Of a stretch of DNA of 64,000 nt, positions 1 to 12,688 are shown piece by piece. The position numbers were made by a program, and so were the translations under genes. Under the pieces are notes generated by a model. That model made no database searches, was not told where the DNA came from, and saw only the letters and a program-made list of their open reading frames with translations. The DNA is from Vicugna vicugna. Taxonomy: Eukaryota. The DNA is taken from contig MU057801.1 of assembly GCA_013265495.1 (NCBI GenBank), positions 434,001 to 498,000 of the forward strand, given 5' to 3'. Numbering within the stretch: the first letter of the stretch is position 1; each line of letters starts with the position of its first letter.

Positions 1-670
1 TCATTTGGTTCAAAATGTTTTCCAGTCTCCCTTGTGATTTCTTCTTTGTCCCTTAGATTATCCGGAAACATGTTGTCCTCAGATATCATGTTTTTATTGA
101 TTTCTGATTTAATGCCATTGTGATCAGAGACATATGCTTTGTGATTTCAATCTTTGAAGATTTACTGAGACTTGTGTTATGTCCAGGCCAATGGATTATC
201 ACTGTGAACATGGAAGGAACGCGGAGTTTGCGGCTCCCGGGTGTAGTGTTCTGTGTTACCTGTCAGCTCGCTGGGGCTGATGGTTATGTCTGAATCGTCC
301 ATGTCTTCACCGACACTGTTTTGTCTAATTCTATCCATCACCAAGAGAGGGATATTAAAATCTCTTTCTATTATTGTGGAATTTTCTATTTCTCCCTGTA
401 ATTTTTTAAATTTTTGCTCCTTTTTGAGACTCTGTGTTAAGAATGTGAACCATTTATAACCGTTATCTCTGCCTCCTGCACAGTGCTAATAATGATTATG
501 AAATATCCTTCTTTATCTCTGGTAACACTCCTTTATATTAAGGTCCACTTTATCTCATATCCTTCTTAGGTTTGCTGTTTGCATGGTATATTTTTTCCTG
601 TCCACTTACTTTCTACTTATCTGTGTCATTATATCTAAAATGTGTCTCTTATAGATATTGTAAAGTAGCT
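1..670 (-). mobile_element. Old LINE-1 (L1M-type) ORF2 endonuclease-region fragment
   Basis: T-rich degenerate L1 antisense motifs (ctttgtttgcatggtatattttt, aatttctatttctccctgt). Confidence 0.7.
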
Positions 671-1207
671 TGTGTTAGTATTTTTATTGCTGCAAATACT
701 AGACTTCGCAGCCTGACAGCACATGTCCGTTAGCTCATGGTTCTGTGCGTCAGAAGTCCTGGTGTGGCTGGCTTCTCTGCTCAGGGACTCTCGAGGCTAA
801 AATCAAAGTGTCAGCCAGCGCTCTATCCAGAGCTTGGAGCTGCGGTAGAACTTAGTTCCTTGCAGCTGAGGACTGAGGTCCCTGTTTCCCTGCTGGCTCA
901 GACAGAGTCCACTCTCAGTTTCTGGAGGCCACCCACATCCCTTTCCACATGGCCTCTTCCATCTGCAAGCCAGTGATGTAGAATCTCGTGGCAAATCCCC
1001 CTCACTCTTCCAATCTCCTTCTTCAGGAAAAGCCTGGTCTCTTTTTCAGGTCTCATCTGACAGATCCACAGGGCATATCTGAAAGCCAGCTGTGCCATAG
1101 GGCATTGCCCAGTCTACCCATCTCATCACGTTCACACTCAAGTTCATGCTGACATTCAAAGGGAGGGGTGAGAGTCTTGGGGACCAACCTAGAAACCTAT
1201 TTACACA
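671..1207. mobile_element. MaLR LTR (MLT1D-like)
   Basis: Starts tgtgttagt; contains gttctgtg..tcagaagtc, aaatcaaagtgtcagccag, cacatggcctcttccatctgcaagccag; ends aca. Confidence 0.7.
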
Positions 1208-1239
1208 TTTTTTTTATCCTTTCTGACCATCTCTGCATT

Positions 1240-1400
1240 CTACTTATTTTATTAAAAATTTTTAAAATTTATTTATGTTTTGTTGGGGGGAGGTAATTAG
1301 GTTTATTTATTTATTTATTCCTTAATGGAGGTGCTGGGGATGGAACTCAGGAACTAATGCATGCTAGGCATGCACTCTACCACTGAGCCACACCCTCCCC
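1240..1400 (-). mobile_element. tRNA-derived SINE (camelid type) with target-site duplication
   Basis: Reverse complement has an A box (GGCTCAGTGG), a B-box-like segment and a CCTAATTACCTCCCC tail. TSD atctctgcatt at 1229-1239 and 1403-1413. Confidence 0.85.
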
Positions 1401-1413
1401 ATATCTCTGCATT

Positions 1414-2490
1414 TTAATTGATGTATTTAGACCATTAGTATTTAATGTAATTATTCATGTGGTTAGATTTAGGCCTACCATCTTATTTGTTTACTGTCTC
1501 CACTGTTTTTTCTTATTCTATTCGCCTTTACCTACTTTTTAAAAAATTAAGAGTATTTTCAGTATTCAATTTCAACTAGCTTTTTAACTATATCTTATTT
1601 TATGTTTTAGTGGTTGCTCTATGGATATAATATACATCAGTAGTCTTTCGTATTCTCATTGGAGTTAATATTGTACCATTTCACCTAAAATATAAAAACC
1701 ATATACTTATACCAGCCCCTTCTCCCTAGAAATCCCTTTCTCTTACAGTTGCCATGTATATTATTTCCACACACATTGAAAAACCAACAAAACAGTATTA
1801 TAATTTTTGTTTTAAACAATCATGTATATTTTAAAGAACTTAAGAAGAAAAATAGACTTTTGTATTTCCCCAGATATTTTCCAGTTTTATTGCTCTGTCT
1901 TCATTTCTGAAGATACAAGTTTCCCTTCCATGTAACTTCCCTTCACCCTGAACAACTTCCTGAATCACCTACAGCAAGTCTGATTCTGTAGTCTTCTTCC
2001 ATCTGCAAACATCTTCATTTTGCCTCCATTCTTAAAGAATATTTCCACTGGATATAGCGTCATGGCCTGCCAGTTGGCTTTTTTGTTTGTTTGTTTCCTT
2101 TCAGCACTTTGAAGATGTTTTTCCATCATCTTCTGACATCCATGAGTTTTGATTTTAAAAATCTGTGGTCACTCAAACCGCTGTTCCCCTGTGTGTAAAG
2201 TGGCATCTCCTCCTGGGTGCTTATACATCTTCACTTTACCTTTGGTTTTCAGCAGTTTGATGCTGGGGGTTCTGTGTTTATTATGTCTCAAAGTATGCTT
2301 TCTTTGAGTTTATCTTGTTTGAGGTTCACTGAGCTTCTTGAATCTATATGTTATGACTTTTACTAAACTACCAAGTTCTTGGTCATTATTTCTTGCCTCA
2401 TTCTTCCCTCCTCTCCTTCTGGGACTCTAGTTATGAATCCATTAGTGATTTTACTGTTGTCCCATGGGGCGTTAAGGCTCTGATCATTTG
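1414..2490 (-). mobile_element. Old LINE-1 fragment (ORF1/inter-ORF region), continuing the 1-670 element
   Basis: Degenerate antisense L1 motifs (ttcctttcagcactttgaagatg, gttcactgagcttcttgaatct, ccttctgggactc). Confidence 0.65.
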
Positions 2491-2806
2491 TTTCAAGAGA
2501 CAAACTGGGTAGGTAGAAGAACTTTGTGGGAAATCTATTTTTGTATAGGTGGGAAAGGAGTGGAGGAGAGGGAAAAAGAGGAGTAGAGAGACAGGAAGAT
2601 TCAGAGTTAGGGTCTCAGAGAAATACATCTTCCTGTGGTTATAAAATGGAAAGAATTTTAAGGAGATTCTAAAGAAGGAAGCTGCCTGGATGGGAGTAAC
2701 TGGGACAGGATCAGACGTCTGAGTGAAAGGTGACAGGGAACAGGCGAGGGCCCTGCTGGCTCCCTGAGGGAGGGAGGAGGCCCTCCCAGGATGGCTGGTC
2801 TTAGCC

Positions 2807-2995
2807 CAGCGCTGTCCAGTGGCACTTTCCATGATGGCAGAAATGGTCCACATCCAATATGGCGGCTGCCACCACCACCTGTCGCTTCTGAGCATTTAAA
2901 ATAGGCCACCACATCTGAGGGCCTGGGTTTTTAATTTTAATTTTAATTGTTAGATTTAAATGTACCTCGTCACCTGCGCCAGTGGCTATGGCAGG
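2807..2995. mobile_element. hAT-Charlie MITE, MER3-like
   Basis: Begins cagcgctgtcca; internal gaaatg, ccaatatgg, AT-rich tttaattttaattttaatt core and cagtggcta end match the MER3 layout. Confidence 0.75.
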
Positions 2996-3968
2996 ATCGT
3001 CCACAATTCATGCACAACCCCTGGGTGTGGAGAACGGGTGTGGAAGGGGTACCTCTGGCCCAGGGTGGCTGATTTCTGTACACAGTGGGACAAGTGAGGC
3101 AGGTAGAGCCGGCGTGGAGGGAAGGAGGGAGTACAGTTTCCACCAGCATGAGAAGGACTCATGTCAAAGGTTGGTTTTTAGCATGCTTTTAATTAGGTGG
3201 CAGACTACATTGAGGTAGAGATAAAAATGATTAACGCTATCTCAGTGACTTCAACGACAACTGAAGACTTAAAAGCAGGTCACTTGGACTGCTTCAGTGA
3301 CTTTCAGCATCAGTATGGAAGGTAGTGTACAGGTGAGCACGGGAAAGTGTTACAATCTGGGCGGAGGAAGGAGGCGGCGTGCAGAGTGGGCCCTTCTGTA
3401 GCCCGGGGCCCGGCACACGGCAGGGACCCGGCACAAGGCAGGGACCCCATAAATATTCGTCAAACACCCATCCACCCTCCCAGGGCAGGAATCTAGAAGG
3501 CAGGAGCCAGACCTGGTTGGTCCCGAGGCTGGTGGGGCTCTCGTCCTCTCGGGGCATCCTGTGGGGACAGGCTTTCTGGGTTTAAAGGGCTGGGACTGGT
3601 GCCATCTGAAGACTCAAGACTGGATGAGGTGACCCCAAGGAGGAGCCTAGAGAGACCCAAGTGTCAGACACTGGAGAGGAGAGTGGGAGGAGGCTGGGAA
3701 GGCCGGGAAAGCGGTGTCTCTGTGAACAGGGGAAATGTGCTCTCATGGGGGTGTGCCATCATCTGGCATCCTCGCCACTGGTGATAAACAGTGACGTGCC
3801 TCAAGTGATCTTAATGTGTTCTTCATCCCGAAGGCACACACCATTATGACATACTTTTAGCAGATTTGGGGGGTTTTGTGTGCCCCAAATAATAAGACAG
3901 AGACGACACTCTTGGGAAGGCGCACTGAAGAGTGACAACCAGAAACGATGTGACTGTTCACTCTGTAG

Positions 3969-4296
3969 GTGTTCTTCAGCTTCTGTGAGAAGAACGTGGA
4001 TTACGAGACATTTAAAGCGTTCAACGACGCCTGCCTCGTCTATGACGGCCGACTTGTGATTGACGCCAGCTTCCACACCAACGACATAGCCATCAGGGCT
4101 GCCGGCCCCCTCACCAAATTCTCCAATAGATACTACTCCAATGAGTGGGCTCACAGCAGCTTCAATTCCAAAGAGATTGGCTTCCAGCTGGCCTCAGCCA
4201 TGCTCAGTCTCTTTGACCCGACCCTCGAGCCTGTGACCGAGCCGCCGGCTGACCTTGACCGACTCATCCCCATGTACAAGGGAGCCAAGGTCAAAG
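3969..4296 (+). CDS. CFAP61: CFAP61 internal coding exon (VFFSFCEKNVDYETFKAFNDACLVYDGRLVID...LIPMYKGAKVK-G)
   Basis: Acceptor ctgtag ends at 3968; open frame of 328 nt; donor AAG|gtgcgt at 4297. The peptide matches the CFAP61/C20orf26 C-terminal region as I recall it. The phase-1 end joins the next exon in frame. Confidence 0.95.
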
Positions 4297-5346
4297 GTGC
4301 GTAATGGTCCACCTGCACATCCATCTGGTGAAGCCACTGGTTGGATCTGGATCCACCAGCCACCGTGTTTCTCGTAGGCATGGCGAGGAGGCCCCCCTGT
4401 CAGTGGGTTTGCACAGAGACAGAAGAGGGGTCCCTCTTCTTACTGTGGTCCTTTGCACTTTGAACATTTATGACGGGGGACCATATATGAGATCATCGTG
4501 TTAACTCAGGATTGCTGTGTGTCTGGGAGGCGTGAGTTACCTTTGAAAATAGTGTCTTTGAACGTTGTGGACCTTCTGCCAGAAAGACGCACATATCTAC
4601 AAAATTGTGTGTTGACTTCCAGAAGGTTGACAGACCAACCGCCAAAGCCATCTGTGGACCCCCTAGGGACCCTGGTTCAGGAAACACAGCATCAGGCTAA
4701 GGGGACAGACGCCCTGCAGTTTCAGGCCTCGTGGTAGTCTCCCAGCTCAGTGGCCTCCGGGGCGTCCTGCTCCGCCTCTCACGCTGGGCGAGACCTTGGG
4801 CAAGGTGGTGGCTATGGGGAGGAACACAGGGATGGGTGTCTGAGGCTGATTGGAGCGAGGCCAGGCCTGTCCTTCTGGGGCGAGCTGGAGATGCTAAGAA
4901 TTTCAAAATAATAGTTTTCTAAAGCATTGAACGAGAACTTTGTTGATTTCCCGATTTTCCTGATTTACCTTGTTAGTATTTTGGTCACATGTGGAGGCGG
5001 GTGGAGCACAGCAGAGCCACTGCAACTCTGCAGGCCACAGACTGGCTCCGGCAGGCGGAGGTCGGAGGGCTTGGAGTTACGGGCAACCAGGACACACAGG
5101 ATCAGCGGGCTCGTCTTCCCGGCGCACTGCTGGCCGTGTCACGGGGTGTAATGGCACATTCGCATTGTTTTATTAGACAAAATCAGTCCCAGAGAGTCCC
5201 TTGCTCGTGGCAGTTCTTCAGTGGGAAGGAGTGGGTGGTGTACCCGTGGTAGGCGTCTCTGGTGGTCCTGGGGCAGAAATGTCAGCGCCGTTGCCCGTTT
5301 GCTGCCCGGCTGAGTTAAAATGTGACAACCTCGCCGTTTCCACTAG

Positions 5347-5438
5347 GAGGCGTTCTTCCCGGGTCTTACCACTACCTGCACATCGCCAAGCCTGCCATCC
5401 CAACGCCCTTGGAGGTGCAAATGGCGCAGTCCGATTTT
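5347..5438 (+). CDS. CFAP61: CFAP61 coding exon (G-GVLPGSYHYLHIAKPAIPTPLEVQMAQSDF)
   Basis: Acceptor tttccactag ends at 5346; 92 nt (2+90); donor gtgagt at 5439. Completes a GGA codon with the previous exon. Not present in the ORF track; read by eye. Confidence 0.95.
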
Positions 5439-5528
5439 GTGAGTATGGTTCCTGAATTTCATTTTACTTCCAAGTATAACACTTTGTTGGCGAGGGGGTG
5501 AAGTTCTTTTTCAATTCAGAGCTGTTAG

Positions 5529-6645
5529 TGTAATGTATGGGTTCACGTATCAGAAAGCCACACAGTACCCAGCCCCCCAAACGGCCCCCGATGAGTTCTG
5601 CCCCTTGGATTCATGTCCTTCTGTGGTCCCCTCCCATGCTGACTAGGACTGACCTGGGACTGCCAACAGGATATTGTGGAAATGACACAAGGCTAGGTCA
5701 TGAGAAATATTATAGCTTCCAATCCCTTGTCGTGAGGTCACCAGGCAGCCTTTGGAGAGGTCCACGTAGTGAGGAACGGAAGATTCCTGCACCAGCCATT
5801 TGCAGTTTGCCAGGCAGGCGAGGGAGTCCCCTTGTAAGTACATCCTCCAGCCCCAGGCAGGCTTTTCAGGTGATGCAGCCCCAGCTGACATCTTGACTCC
5901 AAATTTACATGAGATCGTAAGCCAGAATCCCCCAGCTAAGCCATTCCCAACTTCTGACTCCCAAACTGAGGCGATGAAAGTTTTTTGTCATTTTAAGCCA
6001 TTGAGTGTTTTTTAAATGGAATTTTATTTTTAGAGCAGTCTCAGGTTCACAGCCAAACTGAGAGGAAGGTACGGAGATACCCATACACCCCCTGCCCCCA
6101 CTCATGCACAGCTCCCCTGTAACCAGCAGCCCCCCCAGATGGCACATCTGGTTTCACTTAATACACCTGCACTGACGCATCATTATCGCCCAAAGTCCAC
6201 AGTCCACATGAGGGTCACTCTTGGTGTTGGACATTCTGTGGGTTTGGACAAATGTGTAATGACATGTGTCCACCATGACAGCACCACACAGAGCAGTTTC
6301 GCTGCCCTAACATGCCCTGTGCGCCACCTGTTCATCCTTTCCTCCCTCCCCCACAGCGCCTGGCAGCCGCCGACCTTTTCACTGTCCCCATGGTTTTGCT
6401 TTTCCAGAATGTCGTGTTGTTGGAATCTGTGTAGTGGCCTTTTCAGATCGGCTTCTTCCACTTCATAATTTGCATTTAAGTTCCTTCCATGTCTTTTCGT
6501 GGCTTAATAGCCCATTTCTTTTTAGCACTGTATAATATCCCACTGCCTGGATGGACCACAGTTCATTTATCCATTTCTCCTACTGAAGGGCATTAAGCTG
6601 TTAAGTTTTGAGGTAACCTGAGAGGCGGCGACAGATGACACTGAT
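5529..6645. mobile_element. MaLR LTR (MLT1E/F-like) interrupted by an antisense L1MC-type 3' fragment (~6010-6595)
   Basis: LTR motifs (ggctaggtcat, gcagccccagctgacatcttgact, cccagctaagcc) stop at ttaagccattgag and resume at ttaagctgttaagttttgaggtaa. The insert has L1MC 3' motifs (tttagagcagt..caggttcacag, ggtttggacaaatgtgtaatgacatg). Confidence 0.7.
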
Positions 6646-7477
6646 AACTGCCTCCGTGGCAACAGCAAGTGAATTTCTCCGGGTCTGGGATGTCTGTCCC
6701 GACCCCCCGCCCCCCTGCCCTCCCTGCGCTACCCGGGAAGGGCCATGGAGGCAAAGCAGAAGCTGTGTGTGCTTGGGGCTGGGGGGATGTCCCCTGGGTT
6801 CAGGGTGATTGGAAAGTTCACGGCGTGGTTCGTCAGCTGGCCAGCTCCTCAGCGAGGCTGTCTGACTGAGGGGCCAGACTGGTGTTTGCTGTCAGCTGGG
6901 GCTTTCCCTTCTGGTCTGTCGTGTTCACTTTCTTGTCAGTAGGGCAGACGCTGGAAGGCACCTCTTCCGTTGCCATTTTCTTACCCTGAGTATTTTAGAG
7001 GGTTAACAATTTAACTTAAAATAAGCACATTCCCCAGATTCCTTTGAGAGCGAGGTCTGCCACGTGGCAGTTAGTAGAAGCTGTTGGAACACTCCTTAAG
7101 AGGGAGGAGCAGACTTGAAATGCCCCAGGCTCTTGGGCCCCTCACCCTCTCCTTCTGGAAGTCAGAGTGCCAGCTTTCCCTTTGACTTCTCCTGGGCTTT
7201 GGACAGTTGGCAACCTCTCTGCATTCCTGGCATCATCAGAGGTCGCCTGCAAAGTAGCACTGCCTTCAAGGAAGAAAACTAGTGACCCGTCAGTGGCGGC
7301 TGCTGTTAACGACGGCTCCAGACGAATAAGGAAACCTGGTTCTGCCAAGGGAAGGACGGATGCTGTGTGTTTGAAACTTACTTCCCTTGGGCCTTACGCA
7401 GACTCTTAGGTGTGCCTACACGCGTGGTCCGACGCACAGTGTTCTTACAGCTAAAGAAAGGACAGCCGTGAATGGTG

Positions 7478-7988
7478 CTGCAGTTTCTACTGCTGTGTAA
7501 CAAAACTCAGCGACCGTCTGACTCTGCTCGTGGGTTCTGTGGGTTAGGAGTTTGGACGAGACACCATGGGAATGGCTTGTTTCTGCTGCACAGCGTCTGG
7601 AGGTCGGCTGGGAAGGCTCGAGACTGGGGATGGCCTGCTGGTCGGCTCGTCACCCGCCTGGGCTGGGAGGACTCAGCTCAGGGAGTGATGACCAGGGCGT
7701 CATGCCGGGGCTTCCTGCCGGCATGGCGGCCTCAGAGCGCTGAGACTCATCACGCGCCAGCTCAAGACTCCGCGCGCCAGCGCCCTCACTAGCGGGCTGG
7801 AAGCCCCCTGCCTCTGATGACCCAGCCTTGCAGGTCACAGAGCGTCACTTCCCGCACACCTCTGTCGGGGCCCACCAAGCCCGCCCAGACTCAGAGGCGA
7901 GGACGTAGATCCCCTGCCAGTGGGACGACGTCCAGGGGCCGTGTGATGGGGGTCTTGCGCCCGTCTTCGGAAAGCACAGTCTGCCACC
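7478..7988. mobile_element. MaLR LTR (MLT1H-like), GC-shifted
   Basis: ctgctgtgtaacaaa, ttctgtgggttaggagtttgg, gcatggcggcctcag, ggtcacagagcgtcacttcc, cagtctgccac. Confidence 0.6.
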
Positions 7989-8629
7989 CGTGCGGGGGGC
8001 ATTGGATCAACAGCACGGAGCCCCGAGGACGTGTTTAGAGGCTGAATGCTTGGCTCACTGCACATGAATGCCCGGAACCCAACAGGTTCAAGAGCTAGGC
8101 AGTGTTGGATTTGGTTTTAGACAGAGCCAGGCTCTTCGAGGACAACGTGTGATTTCCGACAGGCAGTGCCATTTACCTAAGAACCTCTGGTTCTCTGTCC
8201 GATAAAGTCAGAGGAGGAGCCGAAGGGGTTTTCAGATAATAAGAGTTTTAATAAGAGTGCAACTTAAATAGCTTCCTTGGCTGGGCTGTGACAGCGTTTG
8301 CGCGGGAGCCCTGGCGGCAATTAACCAGTTTGCCAGGTGGGCCTCCTTTTTAATTAGGACGGAAGCTCCAAACAGATTTCTTCCCATTTTATTCACCAAG
8401 AAAAAAATATATGCAGGATGGTTCCATGGCAGTCTTCGGGGTTGGAGTTAATTTGATTAAGTAAAATTGTTGCCAAAATGGTCAGGCGGTCGCCTGAATA
8501 CCGTCAGCTAGCTGAGGATGGAGCCCACGGGGCAGCGTTTCGCTAGAGGAAGCGAACTACCATTCCGGCAACAGAGGTACTTAGCACAGGTGCGTCTCAT
8601 CAGACTCCGTAGCCCTCGCTCACTGGGAT

Positions 8630-8761
8630 TTTTTAAAACAATTTTGGGTGGGGGGGAATAATTAGGCTTATCTGCTTATTTTTAGAGGAGGCACTGGGGA
8701 TTGAACCCAGGGCCTCATGCAGGCTAAGCGCGCACTCTGCCGCTTGAGCCACACCCTCCCC
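8630..8761 (-). mobile_element. tRNA-derived SINE (camelid type)
   Basis: ggggattgaacccaggg (B box, reverse complement), cttgagcc (A box, reverse complement), taattagg tail. TSD ctc(a/g)ctgggat at 8619-8629 and 8764-8774. Confidence 0.85.
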
Positions 8762-11042
8762 ACCTCGCTGGGATATTTAAGGGAGAAGATGCTTTGGTAA
8801 TTCATGAGGTAACCCGACAAAAGGAGGAGCGGGGACCCCTGCATAATAAACTAACCCACAGATTCCAGTCCACATGCTTTGTTGGCTTATGCTCCATGGA
8901 ATAAAGAAATTTGTCACAACAAACTCTGCCTTGGATACCATTAAATTTAAAATTGTGTGTCCTCATGGGAGCTGGGAACCTGGTTTCCTGCACACGGAGC
9001 CTGGCTACTCCTGGAGCTTCCATTTGGCATGAGTTCTGGAACCATGTTCCAATCTTTGTCAAAATCATAAAGGAACTGAAAAGGATAATTACATTCAGGA
9101 AATAAGGAAGGAGAAAAAAACCACACACACCAGAACCAGTCACTCCGTCAGAATTTTAAAGTCAAGACCCAAATTTCCTAACAGTTTACTCGCATGCTTG
9201 AAATGAAGGAGGAATCTGGGCACATCCGCAGAACAGGGACGCGTGTGAACCATCATCGTCCCCCCAGCCCCCCACCCGGGGAGGCAGGGCTGGAAGCCGC
9301 CCTGGGTCCTTGTGCAGTGGAGTGACTTTCTGTGAGGGTAAGTGGAAAGAGTCCTGGACTTCACTGAATCTTCCCCATCTGCCGGCGACGGTGACCAGGG
9401 ATGACCCAAGAAACTTAGATAAGCCTGCCCGGCCCCGAGGGGTAACTTGGCTCTGAGAAACCCACCTAGAGGCGACTGGTCCTTCATGTCAGGGCAAAAT
9501 TTCACAAAGCCACGTTCCCAGGATGGCCCCCTGGTTATGCTCACGTGGAGCCAGTTCCCGCTAATGTGGTCACAGCCATCCGCAGACTCCGGGGAGCTGT
9601 TGTCCCACAGTGTGGCTGCTCTCTGTGCCCTTCAGGTGCTAAAACAGGGGCAGGCAGCCCGAAGACTGAAACTCAATCTTTAAAAGCAGAAACTTCTCCA
9701 CCCCACCCCCCCCCGAAATAAACAGATCATCAGAAATGAGGCCGGCGACGCAGCCCCCGCAGAACAGGCCAGCCTTGGAGGGTAAGTGGGCTGAGGCTGT
9801 CAGCCAGCAGGCTGCAGGCCCCTCGGAGACTGGCCTAGACACCAGCCACGGTGTCCCAGGGCCCTTGTGTTGAGGGGCTCAGCATCCTCCAAACCAGCCC
9901 TGAAAACAAGTGCCTGTGAGCAGAGGGCTGGATGGTCACGGAAACTCTTGGCAGAGTCAACAGTGTTGTCGGCCACGTGGGTCCATCTCGGGAGGTGCCC
10001 CTTTGATGCCTGAGTCCCCTTCCTTAGTCACTCAGCATAAAGAAATTCCAAAGAGGAGGAGGGGGCCAAGACCTTGTGGGACCTGCTCTCCACTGAGCCC
10101 TGGGGGCACCGGGCCCTAAAGCCAGGCCAGAGCCGTGGCCAGTGCCGCCTCTCCCGAGCCCCCCACTGCCCTTCCAGTGAGGCCCTCTCCCCAGACACTC
10201 AACTCCTCCGTCAGGGCGCCCCTCACACGACGGGGTCGGGGGCTCAGCCTAGGGCCGCTGGGGCCAAACGCAGACCGTGGACGCACCGTCACTCTCCCAG
10301 CTCTGTGTCTTTAATTCAGAAACGGCACTTGCTGTGAGGAGCCACAGGCAAAGGTGCCCCTGGGGACCGTTCTGGGACGTCACGTGCCCCGCCCTGGGGA
10401 GGAATGTTCATTGCTCAGTCCAGGAAGCCAAGACATGAGGAGACACATCAGAATGGACGAGAGAATTACCTGTACCAAGAGCAGAGGCAGAGGGGATGGT
10501 CTGGGGGGCGAGGAGACGGGGTCTGTGGCCAGAGGCACGTGCTTCTCCACACAAGCCCCACCCTCCACACTAGACGCCCCCCTTTCCTTCCAGCCTCCCT
10601 CTCTCCCTCCCTCCTTCCTTCCTCTTTGTTTCATTTCTCTATTTGCTCGTCAGAAGTCTGGTTCCTTGCCACAGCATAGCCACTGCATTTAAAAATAACT
10701 TTCTAAAATCATCTTAGAAGTGATAGTCATTTTTTTAAAAAAAGAAATTACAGAGAGTCAGATGAACAGAAAGAGAAACAATAAAAATGACCCAGTCTCC
10801 CAACCCCAGAAAATGACCATTAACATTTTGTTAAAATGCTGATAGAGAAGCACGTAAACGATACCACGTAGTTTTATAAAGACAGAGTGACAACTGTGCA
10901 AATGATAAACCATCGTACACCTGGGTACTGTACTCTGTGGTGTCAGATGCGCTGTGAGCATGTTTCCCTGTTGTGAGAGACAGTTTATCAGTCATCTCTG
11001 TTGGGTTCACTGCATCCCACTGGGTGGAGGTACCACTGTTTT

Positions 11043-11195
11043 TTTTTAAGTGGCAGTTTTTATTTATTTATTTATTTTGAGGAGGGGTAATTAGGCTTGT
11101 TTATGTATTTTTTTTTTGATGGCGGTACTGGGGGTCAAACCTAGGACCTCATGCATGCTAAGCATGTGCCCTTCCACTGAGCTACACCCTCCCCC
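11043..11195 (-). mobile_element. tRNA-derived SINE (camelid type) inserted into an old L1ME-like 3' fragment (~10690-11230)
   Basis: Same head and tail as the other copies; 13-bp TSD gtaccactgtttt at 11030-11042 and 11199-11211. Confidence 0.85.
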
Positions 11196-12482
11196 CGTGT
11201 ACCACTGTTTTGTTAGGTAACAGCTTACCACGTGCTTTTCTTAAACACTTCGCTGAGAAGGTAGGTTTCCTCTCTGGACCCACCCATCTCTATGATGATG
11301 GACCTGGTGCACCTCCCCCGAGGCGCCATCCCCCACCCCTTCCTAAGCCATGCTTGTCCTGTCCCCCCATCTCGGGCACATCCTTGGGGCTGTCCCAGGA
11401 CTTCCCTGACATCTACCTGCACATGCCACCTTGTGCCTTTGCCGTCGGCTGATTCCTCCTCGAGGCTTTGCCACGTGACACCCAAACACCCACCAGGTGC
11501 TTCAGTTTACTCAAAGCTCCGGTTAAGCCGTGTGTCCTTGTTGAGACAAAGTCCCCAGGGAATGTCCAGGGCTGAGTAAATGTTGGGGATCAGTGCAGTC
11601 CAACTTGCCCGGGATTTCTAAATGCCACGTTCAAGTTCAGAGCGAAAGCTTAAATCTGCCTGCACTCAGGGGAGATGCTCTGAGCGCTGCGGGCACTGAG
11701 TTGAGAGTCAGGTCCAGCCGCCACCAGCCAAACCCACATTTGTCCCCAGAGGTTCTGTTTGCTCCTGGAGCCGGTGGGAAGCGTGTCTCCGGTCGGTCGG
11801 TCGGTCGCCATGGGGCTGAAATGGGAAAAGCGGTGGTAACGGGGAAGGCAGCGTACTTCCTTGTTGTCTGGGTCCACGTGACGGGTTAGCCAGCTCCCAG
11901 GAGACATAAAACCATGAATCTGCACCTTGAACCATCTACAAACTAATGAGTAACTCACAGAACCCGTGTGTATGCCTGTAAACCTGCGCCTTCCTCCCCG
12001 GAACAGAGAAACCGCCTCCAACCCAGCTGTCAGGGACTCAGCTTTCACTTGTTTCCTTTGTTTAAGTAACATTTTTAAAAACTGGAATTCTTTTTGATCA
12101 CCTTTACTAGGAGGTTTTTCTCAAAATGGTGCTGTGAAAAAAATTAGGGAAGTTACCAGCCTCAGGTCGCCTCGCCGCGTACTTGCTGCGTGAGGTGCTG
12201 GAGAAGGGGAATCGGTCGCAACCTAGCAACTGATTCAGAAACGTGGAGCGAGGCGACCACGGCGTAAACTATCCCCAGGAACGTTTAGTCTCTAAGTCCG
12301 AACACATGGCTTCTGACACGCACTTGTCTTCAGCTGAGTTTAGTCAGTATCTATTGCTGTGGTCTGCGACAGGCGCTAAGACCTACGCTGTCGGTTACAT
12401 TTGAAAAATAAATTGCTATGATGAAGTTCCCAACGTCCAGCAGTGCTTCTAACGCTCTTCTTCTGGTCCACTCCCCCGCCAG

Positions 12483-12688
12483 GGTGTAGAAATAGTAACA
12501 GGCAACGCGAAAGGTGGGAATTACTTCCGGATCCACATCAACAGGTATAAGGTGGTGGAGACCATCACGTGCCTCTCGAAAGTGCCCTTCCCTGCCGCCA
12601 ACTACATCCGCCTGTTTGGCCAGCACGAGCAAGCCCTCAACAACCTGTGCGCTCGGTGCGAGGAAGGGCTGGTCCCCGACCTCTACAG
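12483..12688 (+). CDS. CFAP61: CFAP61 coding exon (GVEIVTGNAKGGNYFRIHINRYKVVETITCLSKVPFPAANYIRLFGQHEQALNNLCARCEEGLVPDLY-S)
   Basis: Pyrimidine tract with ccag ending at 12482; 206 nt open frame; donor AG|gtaagc at 12689; phase 0 start and phase 2 end. Confidence 0.95.

Noticed and set aside
3405..3450. Short direct repeats (also ~16608-16635 and ~44153-44188) as a possible array
   Set aside because: These are only two-copy 12-18 bp tandem duplications with no spacers, typical of slippage and not CRISPR-like.
3969..4304. Stand-alone 111-aa gene as listed in the ORF track
   Set aside because: It is an internal exon: the GTG follows a splice acceptor and the TAA lies just past the donor, inside the intron.
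12222..12230. RFX half-site CCTAGCAAC (and near-match GTTGCCACGTAAC at 53694-53706)
   Set aside because: These are incomplete or mismatched X-boxes, too weak to call without conservation data.
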